Shown here: piece by piece, positions 20,068 through 35,538 of the stretch
Position numbering within the stretch: the stretch's first letter is position 1
Layout of the letters: each line of letters begins with the position of its first letter
From: Chrysomallon squamiferum
Taxonomy: Eukaryota > Animalia > Mollusca
Length of the DNA stretch: 64,000 nucleotides
Assembly (NCBI GenBank): GCA_012295275.1
Contig: CM022675.1
Coordinates: 1,860,001 to 1,924,000, forward strand
Direction of reading: 5' to 3'
Notes under the pieces: model-generated
What the model was told of the DNA's origin: nothing
Databases searched by the model: none
The model's input: the letters and a program-made list of their open reading frames with translations, nothing else
Program-made: the position numbers and the translations under genes

Positions 20068-22607
20068 TATATAATAATAATAATAACGAAGTAAAATAAA
20101 AATAAAATAGAAGTGAACAACTAAACTACGAAACGAAAAACAACAAATAAAATAAACAAATAAACAAATTAATGAAGGAGCAATTGAAGGAGCAAAACCA
20201 AAAGTGAGAGAAAATTACATCTGAACAGTTAGAATTTGTGTTCGTTGCCATTCAAAGAAATGTTCATCAAAATAATCACTGTTACCCCTTAAACCAGAGA
20301 AATTTAATTGCAAGCAAACAAATTAATCAAAAAGTCAGTATATAAACAAAGCAAATAAATAAATAAATAAATAAATAAAAATTGCGAAAAAAATGATAAA
20401 AATAATCAAAAAGGGATAATTACTGAAAATCTTTGCTTCTACAGTAACATGAAATGTTTCTCAAGTTAATTAAATCTGGTGTTTGTTGAAATCTTCCTTC
20501 TTCAGACTGGACTTTTTCTTCCTCAGGAAGACGACCACCACAATCCCAATGACAAGTGAGAAGATGATCACCATGACAACACAGAGAACAATCAGAATCG
20601 TGGTACTGACATTAACTTGATCAGATCCTTGCTTTTCAGCTGGTTTCTGTGAAATACCTAGAATGAAGGAAGTTTTTTTTAAATGTCAGATGTTTCTTTT
20701 CTTTCACACAACTAATATATGATAAATAAAGTCTGCATTTAACTGTTGATTTAAACTGACGAAACTAACCATAAAGGTTATTTACGTAAAAGACAATAAT
20801 GTTACAAATCTAACATAAACTCACTTGGTATTTGATTTCCATCCATCACGTCCAGAACAATATATGTCTTTCTGACAAGTTCATCAGACATTTCAGCAGA
20901 TCTTCTTTTTCTTCCAAACCCTTCCTTGCCATTGCAGTCCACCTGAATTGAAAGTTTGTATGTTTGTTTTTGTTTGTTTGTTTGTTTATGTATTTACTAC
21001 TTACTTTCTTACTTAATGGTTGGCTGGTTCGTTTAAATTTTATAAAAATATATATTAATATATTTATTACTTATGTAATATATTAATTACTCAGTAAATA
21101 GAAGCAGAGGTAGTAGTAATAGTTTTAGTATTAGTAGTACTACTAGTAGTAAGATAGTCATAATGAAAATAAAAATGATAATCAAATGAAATGATGAGAA
21201 AATAATCAAAAAGAAATTTGAAAGAAACATTTCATTCTTTTTTTTTCTTCTGTATAGTCTTTTAATATAAGAATGTTTTACACATTATTCAAGAACAATA
21301 AGAGAAAGTGACATGAAAACAGCGGCTTTTGAAACAACCAACTTTCAGACTGTATCTTAAATATAGACTAATACAGGATTTTACCAGTTTAATTCTATGT
21401 TATATTAATTCATAAATAAATAAAGATAGAAAGAAAGAAAGAAAGAAAAAATAATAATTATAACCATACATTTTACTTTCCTAGCATGCGTATGTTAGCT
21501 TTAAGTGTGTTTGTTAGTTGTATTTATACAACTTCGTCTTTGTTATTTCATACAAACCAAATTGTTTTGTCTGTTATTTGATCAGCTTTGTCTGGTATTA
21601 AATTGACTATCAGCTACCGTTTTTAGTCTTTGTTTCTAAAACTGACACTTTGTTAGATTTACATTTCAGGGGAGATAAACTTTAACAAGCCTGACTTACA
21701 GAAACTATCTGAAGGAAACTGAGCGAATTATTATTGAAACAATTTTTTACAAATTCTTTAAGAACAATACGGAAAAGTATTTAAGAAATGAATAGCTTTG
21801 GAAAGTAGCAATTTTCAAGTCGTAACTTAATATTTAAATATATTTCTTCCTTCGTATAAGATTTTACCAGTTTCAAACTATCATTTATTTAAATATATTC
21901 CTAATACTGTCCATTGCTAAAATAGAGTAACAAATGTGTTCACTTTTATCACTAATAATCATCTAGACAACATCATTCTGTGATGTGCATATTTTAAGCT
22001 GACAAAATAAAACACATAAAATAAAATTACCTAGAACTAATAGAAGAAAATGATAACACTTACAGGGTCGCACTGAGTTTTTTGATCTGGAGGACAAACT
22101 TTGACAGAACATTCTGTAGAGACTGCATTGTTTTTGTTAAAGGTGAAAGCCTTCAACTTGAATGTGACGTTGTTTCCCGATCTTTCAGGTTCCTGTATCA
22201 TCAGTTTACCGATCTCAGACGATGGACAGCTGAATAAATAAAGAGTATAAGATAAAATAGCCTTTCTCTTTAGTTTTCTCGATCTGAATAAACTATAAGT
22301 GTTTTAAAAGGAGATTCACTTAATCTAATTATTAGAAGCTATAAAGTTATATATTTTTCAAAAAATAATACGAGGTGATTGTAAATATTTTCAAAAGAAT
22401 TATTCTGCAGTTGGAGTGTCTATCCAGAGGTCATTAATTTACGTAACATATTTATTTGAATCTAGAATGAATCTTGCTAGCTGAAGTGAAAAAGGAAAGA
22501 AAATAATATATATATATTTTTTTAAATAATAATAATGTTAATAATATAACGAAAAAAAATATACATAAAATAATAACAACAACAACAACAACAACCACAA
22601 CAACAAC

Positions 22608-22661
<54 letters not shown>

Positions 22662-22668
22662 TATAATA

Positions 22669-22710
<42 letters not shown>

Positions 22711-23508
22711 TTCAGTATTCTCTAGTGCTTCTCGGAAGCGATTAAAAATCCATGTTTATGAGTTCTGGGCTAAACAAGTATAAGTGTATAAAAAATGTCA
22801 ACATGTTTTATTTACCTGTCTTCAATGATTTTCAGAGTTTCCCTATCTTCTCCAGTTTTCTGATTATCAGCAGTACATGATTCCAGCCTGAGAGTTCCTG
22901 AGTTTGCTTCAGGCTCTGTTTGAAAGTATTACAATATTTGCGTTTACAGATGTTGCTATCTCCAGCAAAATTATATTTTGACTAGCAGTTATAATGAAGA
23001 TTATGCTAAGTGATGGGAATTAAATGTCATGTTTACTAGTAATTTTATTTCCGTTATCAGAAGCGTTAAAAGTGAATAACTGTTGATAATAACCACAGAA
23101 ATTCAGAGGCAAACATTTCGTCCTGGAAAGAACACTGTAACATTCGTCTAGAAATGTGTGGATGATAATAATACTGATAATAATTGAATTAAACTGTACT
23201 TAAAAATGGAAGACAAATTCTGGAAGGAAAAGTCATGTAATATAATATGAAATGTGTACCTGTGTCTGTATTTATTTATTTATTTATTTATTTACTTACT
23301 TACACATAACATTTTGTTTTCAACATTGGTAAAATTAATACAATGCTAATAAATGCTGTGTGTAGATAAATACTTTTTAAGATGTTAAATATTTTCTCTT
23401 CATTTCATAGATTTGGCGTGCAGCTCATAAGAATTACTTTTAAGTTGCTAATGATAAAATTCAATGAAAGGTCAACATTCTAATAATAATAATAACAATA
23501 ATAATAAT

Positions 23509-23544
<36 letters not shown>

Positions 23545-24615
23545 AATTATTATTATTGTTATTATTACTATTATTATTACGTCTATTGCCCTGGCTAGTG
23601 TTTTTTTTTTTTTTTTTTTTTTTATCATTTATCTATTAACGTTGTTTTTTCTCGAAAAACGAAAATGCTATAATTTCAATGTTCTAAATTTATTGATAAT
23701 TTTTGAGTTTCTTTCTGATATTTTGTAAATAATAGCATTATAAATAACAGGTGATAAAAGACATAAAACTAGTGAAATTTAAAGAATAATCATTCACAGT
23801 TGTTTAGTGTCACCTGCACATCTCACACCAGCATCTTCTTCATGGCTACACCAAAAGTCGTCCCACTGAAACCTGCATTGTTCAAAACTGGTTTCATTTC
23901 CCAAACAGTGTACGTACTGCAGAAAGATAGGTCCTGATCCTGCACCATAGTAGGCTTTCTCAACAGCTGTAGCATTTGAACTGTAAAACAGGCAATGAGT
24001 CACTGGCAAGTATGTTTGTTTACTATCATAGTCTTATAATAACCGTTGTTGGTAATGTCATAATAGAGAGCTGCTATAGAAACAAGAATTATTAACCTAC
24101 GTAAGGAAAACGATTACGTTGTAGCGTCTAGCTATCGTAATAATCATTACTAATAACCTACAATGTGTATCAAACAATTGTTACAGTGTTAATCATTAAT
24201 AATTACTAAGCGAAGCAAAGAAGAGTAAAATATAAAATAAAAATAGAAACAGAAAAAAAAGAAAGAGAAAAGAAAAAAACAGAATTGTAATAAAAATAAT
24301 TTTAAGAAAGTAAGACGGCTATTAGTAACACTCACTATTACATCTACAATAATCGTTGTTAATAATCTTACAGCGCTGTAGTAAACAGCTGCTACAAAAT
24401 CATTATTAATAACTTACTTAGTGAAACCCAGCATTCTGCAGTAAACATGTTATAATAATCATTATTAATAACTTACTTAGTGAAACCCAGCATTCTGCAG
24501 TAAACAGCTGCGTTGTAATCAGTATGATAGTCATCACAGACTGTGCCCCACATTCCAAGATATTTAATCTCTACTCGACCTTCTCGTTCTGAACTGCCTC
24601 CAACCAGACGAATCT
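18025..24615. repeat. Inverted duplication arm (3' half of copy B plus downstream flank), partner ~41040-47975
   Basis: High identity through exons, introns and 3' flank, e.g. ORFs 18995..19186 vs 47256..47447 and 23794..24009 vs 41628..41843. Confidence 0.92.
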
Positions 24616-24674
24616 CAATTTCTGGGTTATCTTCTAAGAAAACAATAATAAAAAAATAAAAAAAAAACCATAAC

Positions 24675-24768
<94 letters not shown>

Positions 24769-26171
24769 TATTACAATGTTTTCCTTGTCATATGACTCAG
24801 ACAGAAAAACACACAAAACAAAGGTGTATATCTAGCCAATCAAGATTTTTTATTTAAATTGTATCACATCGCTTTGTTCAATGTTTTTTCTCTACGATAA
24901 TAAATATGTAGTAGATGTTTAGTGTTCACTGTGTAAAAGACATTACCTGCACAGAGCAGTGCTGTGTACTTCTCATGATCATCCACTTCATGAAGTTCAA
25001 GGTAACACTCATTAATGTTCTTTTCCAGTCCTGAACATTGTAGTCTTGATATCCAAATCTTTTTGTTGCTTGACGTCAGATTATGCTCACTTTCACTGAA
25101 TGACATTGCTCTGTAACTGCTTTTAATAAATAAGTAAACAAAAGCAGCCAAAATTATATCAGTTCATACAGAGTAATTATGTCAGTTTTTGTACTATTAT
25201 TATTATTATTATCATCATCATCATTTATCATTACCATCATCATCATTTATTATCATCATCATCGTCATCATGATGATCATTATTATTAGCTTTAATAGAA
25301 TTACTGCATGATTTCAAGGGATATTCATCTGTTTTAATATCAGATTCTGTTTTTACTTACTGGTTAAAGCCAAGCGTCTTGCACAAAACTTTAGCATCAG
25401 CTGGACTAGGGCGATCATCATACAGTCTGCCCCACTCATTGTTTATTTTCACTTCAACGACACCGTAGTTACTGCTTGGGCCACCAACTAGTCGTAACTC
25501 AATGTTTGATATGTCCACTAGAAAATAAACATAAACACAAAATCAATACATTCATAGATAAGTAACTGTAAAAGGCAGCATGTGCCTTACGATTAGATGT
25601 TTTTACTTTTTTATTATTCAAATATCTTTCCAAATAATTTTTCATTCTTTGTAGATTTCATTTTGAGATAAATTATTAATATATTGTTTTGTCACAGCTA
25701 ATAAAATAAATATTTTCTAACATGGAATGGGGAGACTATCATTTTCGTTTGTGATTTCTGCCTTTTTCGTATAATAAGTATGTGACAGGATCAAAGATTG
25801 CTTTCTGAATGTAAGTCGCTAATTGACATGGATGTTAGACAGTAAACAAAACTAATAGTTTTCACATAAATACCTGAACAGCTCAGTTTTACGTAACGAC
25901 AGTCAGTTTGTTCAGCGCGATCTCTCAGAACACACAGATGAAGACCAGGTTCATAATCAAGGCAGTTAGCGCCATACTTCCATCTGTTACCAACCACCTC
26001 TTCACCTTCAGCAAACTTCTCTACTCTGTGGACACACACACACACACACAAAAAAAAAAGTAGTTATTAAAAAATATGCCTTTGTAGAAAGACCGTCTAT
26101 AAATTATTATTATTATTATTACTATTATTACTATAGTTAGTTACACATTATACATTTTGTAAATACATTTA

Positions 26172-26223
<52 letters not shown>

Positions 26224-26298
26224 TATAACAGAATAAAACCCCCAAAAAACAACAACAACAACAATAATATTAATAATAATAACAACAACAACAACAAC

Positions 26299-26353
<55 letters not shown>

Positions 26354-26870
26354 AAAATAAAAATAAATAAACATACTAACTTTGCATAACCGAGTTGCCT
26401 GCATGCTACTTCTGCTGAACCTAGGTCAAAATGATTCTTATAACACACTGAATTCCATTTTCCTTCATCATATATTTGAAGTTTTCCTTCATGTTTACTT
26501 CCCTGCTCCGCTAGTCTCAGTTTGTATGGTGTAGGGTTTTCTTATTTAGTGAAACAAAACACAATTTTTATTTAATTCTAGCTTTTATTGATTTATTATA
26601 ATCATCATGATAATCATTGTTACTGTTTTAATGATTGAATTCCCAACTGATATTTTATATCTGTTTTGCATTTAATGTTTCCTATTTTTATTTTATTATT
26701 ATTTTCAACATTATTTATTTTAATCTTCATAAGAGCGAGAAACTCTGTGTAATAGGTACCTTAGAAAAAAAATGTTCTGTCTCTCGTTGATATGTTAATG
26801 TTTTCAAATATTAACAACAAAAACAACCACAACAACAACAACAAAAATTATGATGATGATGATGTTGATC

Positions 26871-26923
<53 letters not shown>

Positions 26924-28930
26924 TAATAATAAATAATAATTTTTTCTTACCGTCACATATAACTCCGATATCTTTGTCGGCGCAATTATTTAGACAGTCC
27001 CCGATGTTCCAAAAAGGACAGTCATCTACACCCATTTCAAATCCGTGACAGCTTAGAGAACCTTTCCAAATCTGCCCACTTCCACCCGGGAAGAAACCTT
27101 TACCACGTGGCAGACCAAACGCACTGTCCAGCACAGACAAGTAAGTTTAATTGTAACAGCAGTGCTGCTAATACGTACACAGACACACACACAATAACAC
27201 GCTAATATACACACAAACAAACACACAATCTTGTTCGTGCAATTACACTAGCGTTATTATTATTTGTTCTTTTTTTAATTTTTATTGTTTTGAAGATAAT
27301 TTTACATTTATACTTCATAATACTGTAAAATGTGAAGGAAGATATGCAGATAGAGATAGTGTTAGATATGCAGATATATAGGTACACAGACGATAATAGA
27401 GATAAAGTTAGACAGTTATGCAGATAGATAGAAACTATTTGAAGGAAACTGAGCGTATTATTATTAAAATAATTAAAGATAGAGAGAATGTGAGATATGC
27501 AGATATATAGGTACACAGAGAGATAATAGAGTTAAGTTAGACAGACATGCCTATATATAGGTTTAGAGATAGAGACAGAGAAAGTTAGATATTCAGATAG
27601 ATAGGTTTACAGATAAACACAGAGAAAGTTAGACAGATATGCAGATAGATATGTTTACAGATAGAGACAGAGAAAGTTAGATATGCAGATAGATAAGTTT
27701 TAAAGATAGAGACAGAGAAAGTTAGATATGCAGATAGATATGTTTAAAGATAGAGACATAGGAAGTTAGATATGCAGATAGATATGTTTAAAGATAGAGA
27801 CAGAGGAAGTTAGATATGCAGATAGATATGTTTAAAGATAGAGACAGAGAAAGTTAGATATGCAGATAGATATGTTTAAAGATAGAGACAGAGAAAGTTA
27901 GATATGCAGATAGATATGTTTAAAGATAGAGACAGAGGAAGTAAGACAGATATGCAGATAGATAAGTTTAAAGATAGAGACAGAGAAAGTTAGATATGCA
28001 GATAGATATGTTTAAAGATAGAGACAGAGAAAGTTAGATATACAGATAGAGAGGTTTAAAGATAGAGACAGAGAAAGTTAGATATGCAGATAGATATGTT
28101 TAAAGATACAGACAGAGAAAGTTAGATATGCAGATAGATATGTTTAAAGATAGAGACAGAGGAAGTAAGACAGATATGCAGATAGAGAGGTTTAAAGATA
28201 GAGACAGAGAAAGTTAGATATGAAAATAGATATGTTTAAAGATAGAGACAGAGAAAGTTAGATATGAAAATAGATATGTTTAAAGATAGAGACAGAGAAA
28301 GTTAGATATGCAGATAGATATGTTTAAAGATAGAGACAGAGAAAGTTAGATATGCAGATAGAGAGGTTTAAAGATAGAGACAGAGAAAGTTAGATATGAA
28401 AATAGATATGTTTAAAGATAGAGACAGAGAAAGTTAGATATGCAGATAGATATGTTTAAAGATAGAGACAGAGAAAGTTAGATATGCAGATAGAGAGGTT
28501 TAAAGATACAGACAGAGAAAGTTAGATATGAAAATAGATATGTTTAAAGATAGAGACAGAGAAAGTTAGATATGCAGATAGAGAGGTTTAAAGATAGAGA
28601 CAGAGAAAGTTAGATATGAAAATAGATATGTTTAAAGATAGAGACAGAGAAAGTTAGATATGCAGATAGATATGTTTAAAGATAGAGACAGAGAAAGTTA
28701 GATATGCAAATAGATATGTTTAAAGATAGAGACAGAGAAAGTTAGATATGCAGATAGATATGTTTAAAGATAGAGACAGAGAAAGTTAGATATGCAGATA
28801 GATAGGTTTAAAGATAGACAGAGAAAGTTAGATATGCAGATTGAGAGGTATAGAAATAGAGAGAATTTGAGATATGCAGATATATAGGTTCACAGACAGA
28901 TAACAGAGATAAAGTTAGACAGCTATGCAA

Positions 28931-28979
<49 letters not shown>

Positions 28980-29560
28980 CAGACAGATAGATAAAGACTG
29001 GACAGTAGCGATCTAGGAAAATTCAGTGAGTTGTGAGACTCGGTTTAGTCAACAAATATTTACAGAGTTCTTATGCACAGTTTTACCCCACAACCACGCT
29101 TGTACTAGTATAAAAAAAGATGAGCTCATCGTTCTATTATTGTCGCTTAGTGCTGTGGTGATGTTGTTAGAAAATACTCAATAGAGAAGAATCAGAACGT
29201 TTTGTTACTGACTTACTTGTTGAATCCAAGATTCCTACAAATTGTAGTGGCTTCATAAAAGTGCAACTGTTTAGTGAACAGTCTGCCCCATTTGCCATCG
29301 TGCAGAACTTCTACTCGACCTTCTTTACTTGTATTACCACCAGCCAGGCGAACACTCACTTCATAAAGAAATAAAAAATACCACTAATTACTCAGAAGTA
29401 ATGACTCAGAGGACTTTTTTTGTTCATTTGTGAAATTGCTGAGAATTCCTAAGGAACAGTTTATGAGTAATTTGAAAATGTAAAAGTTGAGAGTTTGTTT
29501 TAAATCAAGACTAGACACTGAAAAAATTCAGCAAAATAAAGTGAATATTTGAAGTGAATA

Positions 29561-29613
<53 letters not shown>

Positions 29614-29840
29614 ATTACCTGGTTCAATATCGGCAATGTTATATAGTACAATCTGTGCAGTGACATCTGAGAATAAATCAGAAATGAAATAATAAATAAG
29701 ACAAAAAAGATAAAAAAATAAAAATAAAAATACAATAATAATACAAAAACAAACAAATAATAATAAAATTCGTATATACGTCTGTACTAGACACCAAAAG
29801 TCTCTACACATAATGAGAATTTATTTATGATAAAAAAATA

Positions 29841-29883
<43 letters not shown>

Positions 29884-30288
29884 GAGAATATGGAAACAAA
29901 TACGTTGTTCCTACTTGTAGAAAATTCATATGTAAGTTCTTCATCTAAAGATACAGCTTCTGATTCTGAAACTGAAGACCCGTCTTTGAGGTTGATGTTG
30001 AACTGGACAAGCGAGGAGTCTATTGAGTTGACTGTGTTTGTGATGTTCTGTCTCTTTCTGCAGAATAACATTAAAAACAATTAACATGTAATATCTATTT
30101 TAGTTAATGTTCTTCATAGTACTGCCATCACTACTACGTCTATTATTGCTACTACTACATTTATTACTTCGACTAATACCTTTCTCTCTGTCTGTCTGAT
30201 GGGTATCTATCTATCTATCCATCCATCTTTTTGGCTGTCTGTCTATCTCTCTATCTATCTATCTATCTACTTTCTATCTATCCATGGA

Positions 30289-30363
<75 letters not shown>

Positions 30364-30518
30364 ATATCTATCTATCCATGTATATCTACCTATCTATCTA
30401 TCTATCCATGTATATCTATATATCTATATATCTATCTATCTATCTATCCATGTATATCTATATATCTATCTCTCTATCTCTATCTATCTATCTTTCTATC
30501 TATCTATCTATATGTTTG

Positions 30519-30567
<49 letters not shown>

Positions 30568-30897
30568 ATCTATCTATCTATCTATATATATCTATATGTC
30601 TATCTGTAATATGCATAATTAGCGTTTCATCATATAGATTGTGTTCTTGACATTCAACTAAATTTTATTTGTAATATAAAATAATCATATAATTTTGATA
30701 CATGATGTGAGACACACAACTCTCCTAAACTGGGAAATGTAAGTAGCATGAAAATAAAAATAATAATAATAATTCCATACAATCAAGAAACATAAACCAA
30801 GAAAACAATGAAACCAAATAAATAAAACAATTTAAAAGCAAATGTACTATTACTAAAACTACTGCTAGCACACCTTCTGCTACAACTGCTATTATTG

Positions 30898-30963
<66 letters not shown>

Positions 30964-31650
30964 TAATAATAATAATAATAATAATATTTTAAGAGCAACA
31001 ACCTGATAGGTAAAAGTAGCTTTAAAAAGAAACAGCAAAAGAAGAAAAGTAATAACAAACCTTTCAAGATTTTTGGTTGTTACCACTTTGGTGACTTTCA
31101 CAATTGTAGCCCCATCGTTTTCCTCACAAATGACATGTACTTCTGAGTCGAAGTTTGTCATGTATTTGTCACTGAACTGAATGATCACATCCCGAGTTCG
31201 ACCTCCATTTAGCTTTGTAAACGATTCAAAATTAGATACATCACTGTTTCAATGTCTAATACTACTTTGTACATACACAACATTCAAAATCCAATAAATA
31301 AATAAACAGGTAAGTAAGTGTCTAAACAGAGTGCACAGTTAAAAAAAGTAAACACATCAATAAAATAAAAAAAAAAAAAAAAATAAATAAATATATAGAT
31401 AAATAAATAAATATATATATGATAAAAAAAAAAAAAAAATTAAAAAATAGAATTGAACTGACCTGCGTCACCCCACCGCAGTCACTATCCCGAACATTCA
31501 CAGCCACGCCCTGTTTTCCCGCGGGTAGATCTGATTGTGTGAATGTACAACCTTTCGTTTCTTTTTCACCTTTAACATAGACGACACCACTGAATGTTCC
31601 AGCAGGATTAACTACAATCAGCATAGAACTTTTCTCACAGGTAACTTCAT
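20470..31650 (-). CDS. Copy B: paralogous ZP/4xSRCR membrane protein, 5' exons (signal peptide, EGFs) missing at the assembly gap
   Basis: 16 exons matching copy C in phase and length (identical or within 3 nt): 31463-31650, 31061-31212, 29915-30057, 29619-29666, 29217-29358, 26951-27123, 26381-26540, 25874-26025, 25361-25517, 24947-25116, 24477-24633, 23814-23980, 22816-22915, 22064-22229, 20825-20942, 20470-20657 (TAA stop). No frameshift or stop seen. Confidence 0.85.
27560..28860. repeat. 44-bp minisatellite (~30 copies) in the intron splitting SRCR1 of copy B
   Basis: Unit gatagagacagagaaagttagatatgcagatagatatgtttaaa, with degenerate flanking units from ~27340 to ~28930. Absent from the equivalent intron of copy C. 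Confidence 0.95.
30200..30605. repeat. (TATC)n tetranucleotide array in a copy B intron
   Basis: Direct observation; the source of the YLSI ORFs. Confidence 0.95.
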
Positions 31651-32032
31651 CTGAAAATAAATAGATTTATATTTATATACAATAACAACTGCAACAACAA
31701 CAACAACAACAACAATATGAATAAACTGAGACGAAGAAATCGTTGACATAAATTGAAAATAAGAGAGCAGAAATCTGTCACTTTATTTACTGATATACAT
31801 TCTCATTGATATTAAAATTAAAATAATTACAGTCGTATGACATCACATATTTAACGTATACATTCAAAACGTTCAATTTGAACTGTATTTAAACCAAACG
31901 AGAAATCTTCATCATCTATGAATTACAGTGAACCTTGAGATATAAAACTCATGATACTCAGAGAAGCTAGGTTAAAGATTCGAAGAATGGGAATTCAAAA
32001 TTTCTTTAACAAGTTGTTTGTTGAAATGTTTT

Positions 32033-32232
32033 NNNNNNNNNNNNNNNNNNNNNNNNNNNNNNNNNNNNNNNNNNNNNNNNNNNNNNNNNNNNNNNNNNNN
32101 NNNNNNNNNNNNNNNNNNNNNNNNNNNNNNNNNNNNNNNNNNNNNNNNNNNNNNNNNNNNNNNNNNNNNNNNNNNNNNNNNNNNNNNNNNNNNNNNNNNN
32201 NNNNNNNNNNNNNNNNNNNNNNNNNNNNNNNN
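32033..32232. other. Assembly gap (200 N, likely an arbitrary-size scaffold join)
   Basis: Exactly 200 N. The left flank is inside an intron of copy B and the right flank starts in a (CT)n remnant. Confidence 0.98.
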
Positions 32233-32701
32233 TCTCTCACTCACACACACATATTTAAATAGACTGAATAGAAAATGATGTGTCTAAAACATCGATTCTT
32301 TACGCTCGGGGTGTAAGACGCAGCTATCCCTCAGTTCTTTGTTAGAGAAGAAAGAAAAAATAAAAATGACACTGGGCTTGGCTGGTACGTATTCAACTAC
32401 AGTCACTGACGTCTAGTGCTCCAGAAACACAAATACGCATGAATGACAATACATACTAAGTTTTTGGAGAAAGAAGAAACCTTATGTTTGTGGTTGTTTT
32501 TAACGTTAAGTCTAGGACAAAAGTACAGGCATACATAAAATCACCTCAGCACACATACATACATATATAGATACATAAAGACATTCAGACAGTATAGGTG
32601 TATACGTTTTTGGTAGGATGCTAGTTATGTAGAGGTAATGTATGTCAAGACTTGAACTTAAATAAATAAATAATCATCTTATTTCTCTAGGCTTTCGTCA
32701 A

Positions 32702-32739
<38 letters not shown>

Positions 32740-32748
32740 CAGACAGAC

Positions 32749-32822
<74 letters not shown>

Positions 32823-33237
32823 GATAGATAGAAAGAAGTTTTTAATTGGTATCTTGTTCGACAAGGGCAGAGTATGTCCGAACCATAATTCAATTCGTGT
32901 ATTGTTATTGCTATTTATAGCGTTGTTTTTATTACTTATATCATTACAAGTTGGAATAGCACTAGCAACAGTAGTAGTTGTAGCAGTAGTTGTTGTTTCT
33001 ATAGTCTTTGTTCTAGTAATAATTGCCCTCAGTCTACTTTTCAAAAATAATTTACTGTTGAATATAATCATAACAGTTTTACTCGTAGTGTTACTTTAGT
33101 TACATCTGTATAAATTTGTAGTACGTAAAACCATAATTAATTATCGTTAATGAGCTTCATGAACTTTTATAGTGTATGTTAATTTAATTGTGCAGCATGC
33201 TTAATTAAATTATGTTATCTTACGTCATACTAATAAT

Positions 33238-33271
<34 letters not shown>

Positions 33272-35403
33272 GAATAAGAATAAGAATAATAATAAGAATA
33301 ATAATAAGAAGAAGAAGAAGAAAGAGAAGATATATATGAAATGTCTCGGTGACACTAGTGGTGCGCTTCACACATGATTTAAATGCAAATACTTTTTCTT
33401 TTTTCTTTTTTTTTTCTTAGTTATGATATAAATAGAGCAGAACTCATTTTTTTTTTTTTTTACGTAAATATATTTTTTTCCAAACAGATCACACAGTGTA
33501 AGAGAGGAAAACGGTTTACTTGCAGTGTTACAATAAACAAGGTACGTGCAGTTCATCTTTCTATATATATGTACGTTTATTACTTCGGTGAATGTATGTG
33601 CACAGTTTCTATGTATTTTATGTATGGTACGTTAATAAATGTATGTGGATATTTCCATATATGTGTCTATATGCTACATCAATACGTGGGTGTACACTTG
33701 CTATGTATATGTCAGTAAATTTACATGGACACTTACAATATTTTTGTAAGTATCCTACTTCAAAAATGTATGTATTCCTTCTGTACATTTGTATGCATAT
33801 TACTACTTAAAATAAATATGTACACTATCTATACAGTTCTACAGGAACAAATATATGTGTCTGCGGGCGTACATTTGTATGTACGTTTATTCAGTGAATG
33901 CGTGCTTACATGTCCAGATTCATTACTTCAGTAAATGTGCATGTTTGACTTCTGTACATTTGCAGGAAGATCAGTTTACATATCTCTACGCTTTATTTAT
34001 ATGTAAGCACGTTATTCATAGGACAATTGTACTCAGTTTTATATATATTAGCACGCATTTTACATTAATACATTTGTTTCATCCGTTATGTGTAGCTTTG
34101 TATTATAACTTCTTTAGTGTCCACTTTCAGTAAATATACATGCACATTACTTCAGTCAATGTAATTTTATAACTTCTTTAGTGTCCACTTTCAGTAAATA
34201 CATATCTACATCACTTTAGTCAATGTAATTTGTATGATTACTTCTTTAGTGTCCACTGTCTGAAAATATACATGTACATTACTTCAGTCAATGTAATTTG
34301 TTTATATGCTTTAGTGTTCTCTTTCTGTATATCCATATGTACATCACTTTAGTCAATGTAATTTTCATAACTTCTTTAGTGTCCACTTTCCCAAGGACAT
34401 CTGTAAATGTGTCTGTTATAGTGTAATTATATTGTCACGTTACTATATATTAATGCAGTGCATTCAAGATCATCTGCGTCTTTTTCATCTGATTTAAACT
34501 CATTTATGGGTTCTGATTTATCTCATGAAACAGCAAACGTATGCAAATTATCTTAAAAGTTATTTTAAAGACTAACTATCTGATCATGAGACATCTGCTG
34601 AGGAGCTCTATTAACTCTGATTTCTCGATTGGTCCATACACTCACCACTGCAACTCGGCTTGTTTAACTTCAACAGTGACTGTACCAGCTATTACATAGC
34701 AATCAAATTAGAACACTGGGTAAGGTGTCAGTCTGCGCCAGTTCTCCAGATTTGTGTGTACTATTTTTTGTTTATGTATGTAAGTTTGTAAGTACGTATG
34801 TATTAATGCATATTGGTGGGTACAAAACATAAATTTATAATATTATGATGCTAAGAAAAAGTTTTTTTTTTTTTTTTTTGATAACAGTTAATAACTGTAT
34901 TAATACTCTGCTGTTTTATGACGTATCATTGATTATCACAAAGCACCTATATTTCACGGGTACAAACAGACACACAGACACACACACAATAATATTCATA
35001 GAATATAACATCATAGGTATTTATTTATTGATTTATTTATTTATTGATTTATTTATTGATTGATTTATTTATATATTTATTTATTTTTAATGTATGTGTT
35101 TGTTTGTTCGTTTGTTTGTTTATTTCTTTCTTTCTTTATTTAATTTTCTTTTCAGTATAAAGTAAATATGTGGATATCATTCGTCTATCTGCTACTGCTA
35201 AGTTGTTCCATCACTCTAGGTAACTTTATTTTCTTCTCCGTTTCTTTATAGAAATATTGTATGTGTCTGTTGTCACAAAAAGAAGGAGAATTTGAATATA
35301 GATAGTTCACACAGTGGAACCAAATATTTTAAATGACGATATATATATTTTTTACATGGTGTAATTGGGTTAGGAACAAGACGACTTAAGTAATTAAATA
35401 CGT

Positions 35404-35443
<40 letters not shown>

Positions 35444-35460
35444 AGTAATTAAATACGAGG

Positions 35461-35538
<78 letters not shown>

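Noticed and set aside
27560-28860. Regular 44-bp array resembling a CRISPR array
   Set aside because: Head-to-tail units without unique spacers, no cas genes, and located in a eukaryotic intron.
30045-30057. Extra basic cluster ERKRQ in the copy B ZP-N/ZP-C linker as a second furin site
   Set aside because: It lacks the P4 arginine of the R-X-K/R-R consensus and is absent from copies A and C.
30199-30650. YLSI-repeat ORFs, and poly-I, poly-N and RE ORFs elsewhere
   Set aside because: Simple-sequence repeat translations with no coding signal.
31951-32278. ORFs spanning the N run
   Set aside because: Artefacts of the assembly gap.
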